From assembly GCA_018819015.1 (NCBI GenBank), contig JAHJQY010000019.1:3239-67238 (forward strand): a DNA stretch of 64,000 nt, read 5' to 3'. Positions 60,103-64,000 of the stretch are shown piece after piece; within the stretch, counting starts at the first letter, position 1, and each line of letters starts with the position of its first letter. Source of the stretch: Patescibacteria group bacterium (GTDB lineage: Bacteria > Patescibacteriota > Minisyncoccia > JAHISW01 > Tagabacteraceae). A program made the position numbers and the translations under genes. The notes under the pieces were generated by a model. The model was given only the letters and a program-made list of their open reading frames with translations. It was not told the origin of the DNA and ran no database searches.

Positions 60103-62481
60103 ATGAGCGATATAAATATTGTTATTAAAGAAACGGAAGTTTCTGTTGAAGAAGCGACGGCTTCTGAAGGTAAATGGGAAAGAATTTCTTATTATCTTTT
60201 GCTTGCCCTGGCTTTTATTTTGCCTTTCGGGGCAATTTCTTTCAGTGGATTTTCTTTGAGCGTCAGCAAATTTTTGCTGGTTTTTGTTTTTGTTTTATTG
60301 TCCGCCATTTTTTATCTGATGCACATTTTGCAGGATGGTAAATTCAAATATCCCAAAAGCACGGCGCTTTTGGCTTTTTCTTTTATACTATTGGTTGTAT
60401 TTGTTTCTTCGTTGTTCTCTTTTTCTTTCTCGCAGTCGTTTTTTGGCATTGAAGGGGAAATAGGCACATTTGTTTCTCTTTTTATTTTAGCGGTTGCCAT
60501 GTTTCTTGCCTCTGTGCTTTTTAGGTCCGAAGAAAAATTCTTAACATTTTTCTTTCTGCTTATAATTTCTTCGCTCATTGTTTTTGTTTATCAGTTGCTG
60601 CACTTGTTTCTTGGTGTAAATTTTTGGGGGTTTTTGCCCAATAAAACAGACACTCTTGTTGGGAACTGGAATGAGCTGGGGATTTTTTTCGGCCTCATTG
60701 CGTTAATTTCCATTTTTGTTTTGGAGTCTTTTGACGGCAAGCTTAGCAATTTAAGATTAAGCCGTGGCTGGCGCATTTTTTTGTTTATTGTTCTGGGTGT
60801 CTCGGTTTTAACAATGATTTTTGTGAATTTTACGACTATTTGGCTTGTTTTGGGCTTCTTGTTGTTGATTTTTCTTGTTTATCTGTTTTCGTTTTTCAAA
60901 GAAAAGCGTAATTTTGTGGGATTGCCGCTTTCAATTATTTTGATTTCTTTGTTTTTTATTTTGGCCCAGCCAATTGTTGCCGATTTAATTTCTGTCGCAG
61001 AGTTGAATATGATAGAAGTAAGGCCTTCTTGGAGTAGCACCATTGAGGTTGTTGAAAAAACTTTAAGCGTTGGAATAAAAAACATTATTTTGGGTTCAGG
61101 CCCTAATACTTTTTCTTATGACTGGATTAAGTTTAAGCCGGCGGAAATAAATCAAACCATTTTTTGGAATACAAGATTTCCAAACGGCATAGGTTTTTTG
61201 CCCACCTTGCTGGCGACTACCGGAGTTTTGGGTATTCTTGGCTGGCTTGTTTTTTTAGGATCGATTATTTATTACGGGGTAAAAACAATCAGCCATTCCG
61301 CTGGCAAGCCGACCATGGGGCTGCTTTTCGGGTCTTTTTTGGCCTCGCTTTATCTTTGGGTTTTCGCGGTCATTTATGTGCCGGGTAATTTTTTGATGAC
61401 CTTAACTTTTTTAGTTACCGGTTTATTTTTGGCGATGCTTGTAAAGGCCGGTTTTCTTAAGATGAAAGAATTTTCTTTTGCGGATAAAGCAAGTTTAAGT
61501 TTTATTTTTTCTTTGCTTCTTGTTTTTGTTTTAATTGGCATAGTGGGCGGCTTTTACGCATTTTTTCAAAAGTATTTGGCGGTTTATTCTTACGCGCAAG
61601 GAATCGAGGCGTTTAATAGCGAGGGGAATCTGGATAAGGCGGAAACTTGTTTTTTAAAAGCAGCGCGTTTTAATCAGAGAGATGTTTATTATCGCGCATT
61701 GAGTGAATTGGGCTTGATTCGTCTTTCTTTGCTTGCGCAAGGGCAATTGCCGCAAGAAGAAGCCCGCGCGCAGTTTCAGAATATTCTTGCCGCCACAATA
61801 CAGAATGCTCAAATTGCGACCGATTTAAACAAATCAGAGCCGCTGAATTGGATGGCGCTTGGGAATGTATACGCGAATATTATTCCTTTCGGCATAAACG
61901 GCGCCCGCGAAGCGGCCTTGGCGGCTTACGGCAAGGCCATGGAAGCGGCTCCAACCGATCCACAGCCGTTTTTTTCGCTGGCTCAGACGGAAGTTCAGTC
62001 CGGAAACAACGAAAGCGCCCGTTCTTATCTGTCCTCCGCCCTTGATTTAAAAGGTAATTACACATCGGCGCTTTTTCTTCTGGCGGGAATTACCGCCCAG
62101 GAGGGGGATTTGGATAACGCGATAAAACAAACCGAAGTTGCCCGGCTTACGGCCCCCAATGATATGGGTGTTCTGTTTCAGCTCGGCATGCTTTATTATC
62201 AAAAGAAAGATTATGACAGCGCGCAGAGGGTTTTGGAAAGAATCGTTGTTCTTAATTCCAATTATTCAAACGCGCGTTATTTCTTGGGTTTAATTTATGA
62301 TAAAAATGGCGATAAAAAGGCGGCGATTGAGCAATTTAAGGTTATACAGTCGTTAAATCCGGATAATGACGAAGTAAAGAAAATTTTGAATAATCTGAAG
62401 AATGGAAATTCTGCGCTGTTTGGCATATCGCCGCCAATGCCGGCGCCGGAAAAAAGGGAAAATCCTCCAGTAGAAGAATAA
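60103..62481 (+). CDS. O-antigen ligase/polymerase-like (Wzy_C-type) polytopic membrane protein with C-terminal TPR repeats
   Basis: About 12 TM helices in the N-terminal 500 aa. The C-terminus has TPR units (AETCFLKAARFN.., GNVYANI.., AIEQFKVIQSLNPDNDE). Confidence 0.65.
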   Translation: MSDINIVIKETEVSVEEATASEGKWERISYYLLLALAFILPFGAISFSGFSLSVSKFLLVFVFVLLSAIFYLMHILQDGKFKYPKSTALLAFSFILLVVFVSSLFSFSFSQSFFGIEGEIGTFVSLFILAVAMFLASVLFRSEEKFLTFFFLLIISSLIVFVYQLLHLFLGVNFWGFLPNKTDTLVGNWNELGIFFGLIALISIFVLESFDGKLSNLRLSRGWRIFLFIVLGVSVLTMIFVNFTTIWLVLGFLLLIFLVYLFSFFKEKRNFVGLPLSIILISLFFILAQPIVADLISVAELNMIEVRPSWSSTIEVVEKTLSVGIKNIILGSGPNTFSYDWIKFKPAEINQTIFWNTRFPNGIGFLPTLLATTGVLGILGWLVFLGSIIYYGVKTISHSAGKPTMGLLFGSFLASLYLWVFAVIYVPGNFLMTLTFLVTGLFLAMLVKAGFLKMKEFSFADKASLSFIFSLLLVFVLIGIVGGFYAFFQKYLAVYSYAQGIEAFNSEGNLDKAETCFLKAARFNQRDVYYRALSELGLIRLSLLAQGQLPQEEARAQFQNILAATIQNAQIATDLNKSEPLNWMALGNVYANIIPFGINGAREAALAAYGKAMEAAPTDPQPFFSLAQTEVQSGNNESARSYLSSALDLKGNYTSALFLLAGITAQEGDLDNAIKQTEVARLTAPNDMGVLFQLGMLYYQKKDYDSAQRVLERIVVLNSNYSNARYFLGLIYDKNGDKKAAIEQFKVIQSLNPDNDEVKKILNNLKNGNSALFGISPPMPAPEKRENPPVEE

Positions 62482-62496
62482 AATAAAATTGTTTCC

Positions 62497-64000
62497 GTGC
62501 AAAGATTTATAAAACTTATAAATACAGAAATAAGCGGACTTCATCAAGCTGCCTTTCTCCTGGCCTTTGCCTCTCTTGGGGCAAAGGTCTTGGCTATTTT
62601 CAGGGACAGAATACTTGCGTCAAGTTTCGGGGCGGGGGAAACTCTTGATATTTATTATGCTTCTTTCAGGCTGCCGGATTTATTGTATGTTTTTTCGCTT
62701 TTTCTCGTTTCCGTAACAGCTTTGATTCCGTTAATTTTGGAAAAAAGAGAAGGTTTTGACAGCAAGCATTTTATAAACGAGGTGTTTACAGTTTTTTTTG
62801 CAGTCATGCTTTTTTTGCTGGTCGTTTCTTTTTTTATTCTCCCTTACATTGCTGATATAATTGCGCCCGGTTTTTCTTTGGCCAACAAAGAAATACTGAT
62901 TAAATTCAGCAGAATTATGCTTCTTTCCCCCTTTCTTTTGGGGCTTTCTAATTTGGTTTCCAGTGTTATCCAGTCATTTAGGCGTTTTTTTGTGTATTCT
63001 TTAAGCGGCATTTTGTACAATGCCGGCATAATAATTGGCCTTGTTTTTCTTTATCCCAAATTCGGTTTAAGCGGGATTGTTTGGGGTGTTGTTTTGGGCG
63101 CGTTTTTGCATTTTCTTGTTCAGGTGCCATCGCTTATGGAACTTGGCTATTTGCCGAGATTTACATTTAAGATTCATTTTTCGGAAATCGTGAATGTTGT
63201 CAGATTGTCTTTTCCCCGCACACTGGGGCTGATTTTAAACCAGGTGGTTTTGATGGCCATGACTTCTTTGGCGTCCTTTTTGTTTGCCGGCAGTATTACA
63301 ATTTTTAACCTTGCTTCTAATTTACAGTCTATCCCTTCTGGGATTATCGCGTTGAGTTACAGCACGGCCGCTTTTCCGGCGCTGGCAAGCAATTTTTTGA
63401 AAAAAGAAAAAAAAGAATTTTTGTTTTCCGTTGTTTCGTCTTTTCGGCATATTCTTTTTTGGCTCCTTCCGATAACCGCATTGTTCATCGTTTTGAGGGC
63501 GCAGATTGTGCGCGTGGCCTTGGGCGCGGGCGCTTTTAATTGGACGGATACGCGTCTTACTGCCGCTGCGGTGGCCTTGTTTGCTTTTTCACTTTTTGCG
63601 CAGGGCCTCGTTCTTCTTTTGGTCAGGGCTTTTTACGCTGTCGGCAAAACAAAACCACCCCTGATTATTAATATTATCTCGTCCTTTTTTACGATACTTT
63701 TGGCGGCGGGGTTTCTTGTTTGTTTTAAATATTTTCCGTGCGCGCAGGCATTTTTGGGCCGAATTTTAAGAGTGGAAGGGGTGGCTGGCATTTCTGTTCT
63801 GCTTCTCCCTCTGGCTTATTCAATGGGGTCAATTTTAAATTTCTTTCTTTTGTTTTTGTTTTTTGAGAAAAATTTCGGTCCCATTCTCCATTATTTTAAA
63901 AAATCGCTGATTCAGATAATTTCAGTTTCCGTTTTGGCTGGAACCATTGCTTATTTTTCTTTGGTTGTTTTTGCTCAATTTTTTAATCTTTCCACTTTTG
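62497..64000 (+). CDS. murJ: Lipid II flippase MurJ (MviN), 3'-partial at the window edge
   Basis: GTG start. ..ILASSFGAGETLDIYYASFRLPDLLY matches the MurJ N-terminal signature (FGAG..DA...AFRIPN). Multiple TM helices follow, and the frame is open to nt 64000. Confidence 0.8.
   Translation, partial: MQRFIKLINTEISGLHQAAFLLAFASLGAKVLAIFRDRILASSFGAGETLDIYYASFRLPDLLYVFSLFLVSVTALIPLILEKREGFDSKHFINEVFTVFFAVMLFLLVVSFFILPYIADIIAPGFSLANKEILIKFSRIMLLSPFLLGLSNLVSSVIQSFRRFFVYSLSGILYNAGIIIGLVFLYPKFGLSGIVWGVVLGAFLHFLVQVPSLMELGYLPRFTFKIHFSEIVNVVRLSFPRTLGLILNQVVLMAMTSLASFLFAGSITIFNLASNLQSIPSGIIALSYSTAAFPALASNFLKKEKKEFLFSVVSSFRHILFWLLPITALFIVLRAQIVRVALGAGAFNWTDTRLTAAAVALFAFSLFAQGLVLLLVRAFYAVGKTKPPLIINIISSFFTILLAAGFLVCFKYFPCAQAFLGRILRVEGVAGISVLLLPLAYSMGSILNFFLLFLFFEKNFGPILHYFKKSLIQIISVSVLAGTIAYFSLVVFAQFFNLSTF

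Overview
This 64 kb window is AT-rich with short, tightly packed and often overlapping genes, and it reads like a small-genome Candidate Phyla Radiation (Patescibacteria)-type bacterium; that assignment is an inference from gene content and rRNA features. Nearly all coding is on the + strand. In order, the window contains: a 5'-truncated Thr/Ser-rich repeat surface protein; a TPR protein; a class IV aminotransferase; rplJ-rplL followed by a translationally coupled unknown gene and tRNA-Val rather than rpoBC; a membrane protein; a 23S-5S rRNA unit with no 16S upstream; an FtsW/RodA-type protein; glmS; a REP-flanked RAYT (TnpA_REP) transposase; secDF; a PaaX-like regulator; an MBL-fold hydrolase; a HAD phosphatase; rpoB-rpoC; two convergent unknown genes; dnaG; an esterase; thiI; a PEBP protein; def-fmt on the minus strand; murA-mreB-holB-frr-rseP; proS; a second mreB with mreCD-mrdA; greA; lysS; a DnaA-box cluster; the dcw cluster mraZ-rsmH-ftsL-ftsI-murF; tRNA-Glu; a P-type ATPase with a CaCA exchanger; rmuC; a second PaaX-like paralog; RNase P RNA; an O-antigen-ligase/TPR membrane protein; and a 3'-truncated murJ. 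The 23S rRNA is interrupted by two group-I-like introns, each with a single-motif LAGLIDADG homing endonuclease, at sites equivalent to E. coli ~1917 and ~2593 (the I-CreI site). The observations most worth a second look are: REP palindromes inserted in frame inside both the RAYT gene and thiI; two paralogous membrane-anchored PaaX-like regulators flanked by ACGATCGT-core palindromes; a dense DnaA-box cluster upstream of mraZ; one CCCGCA-Nn-UGCGGG hairpin recurring in rRNA, intron and RNase P RNA helices; and the apparently unlinked 16S.
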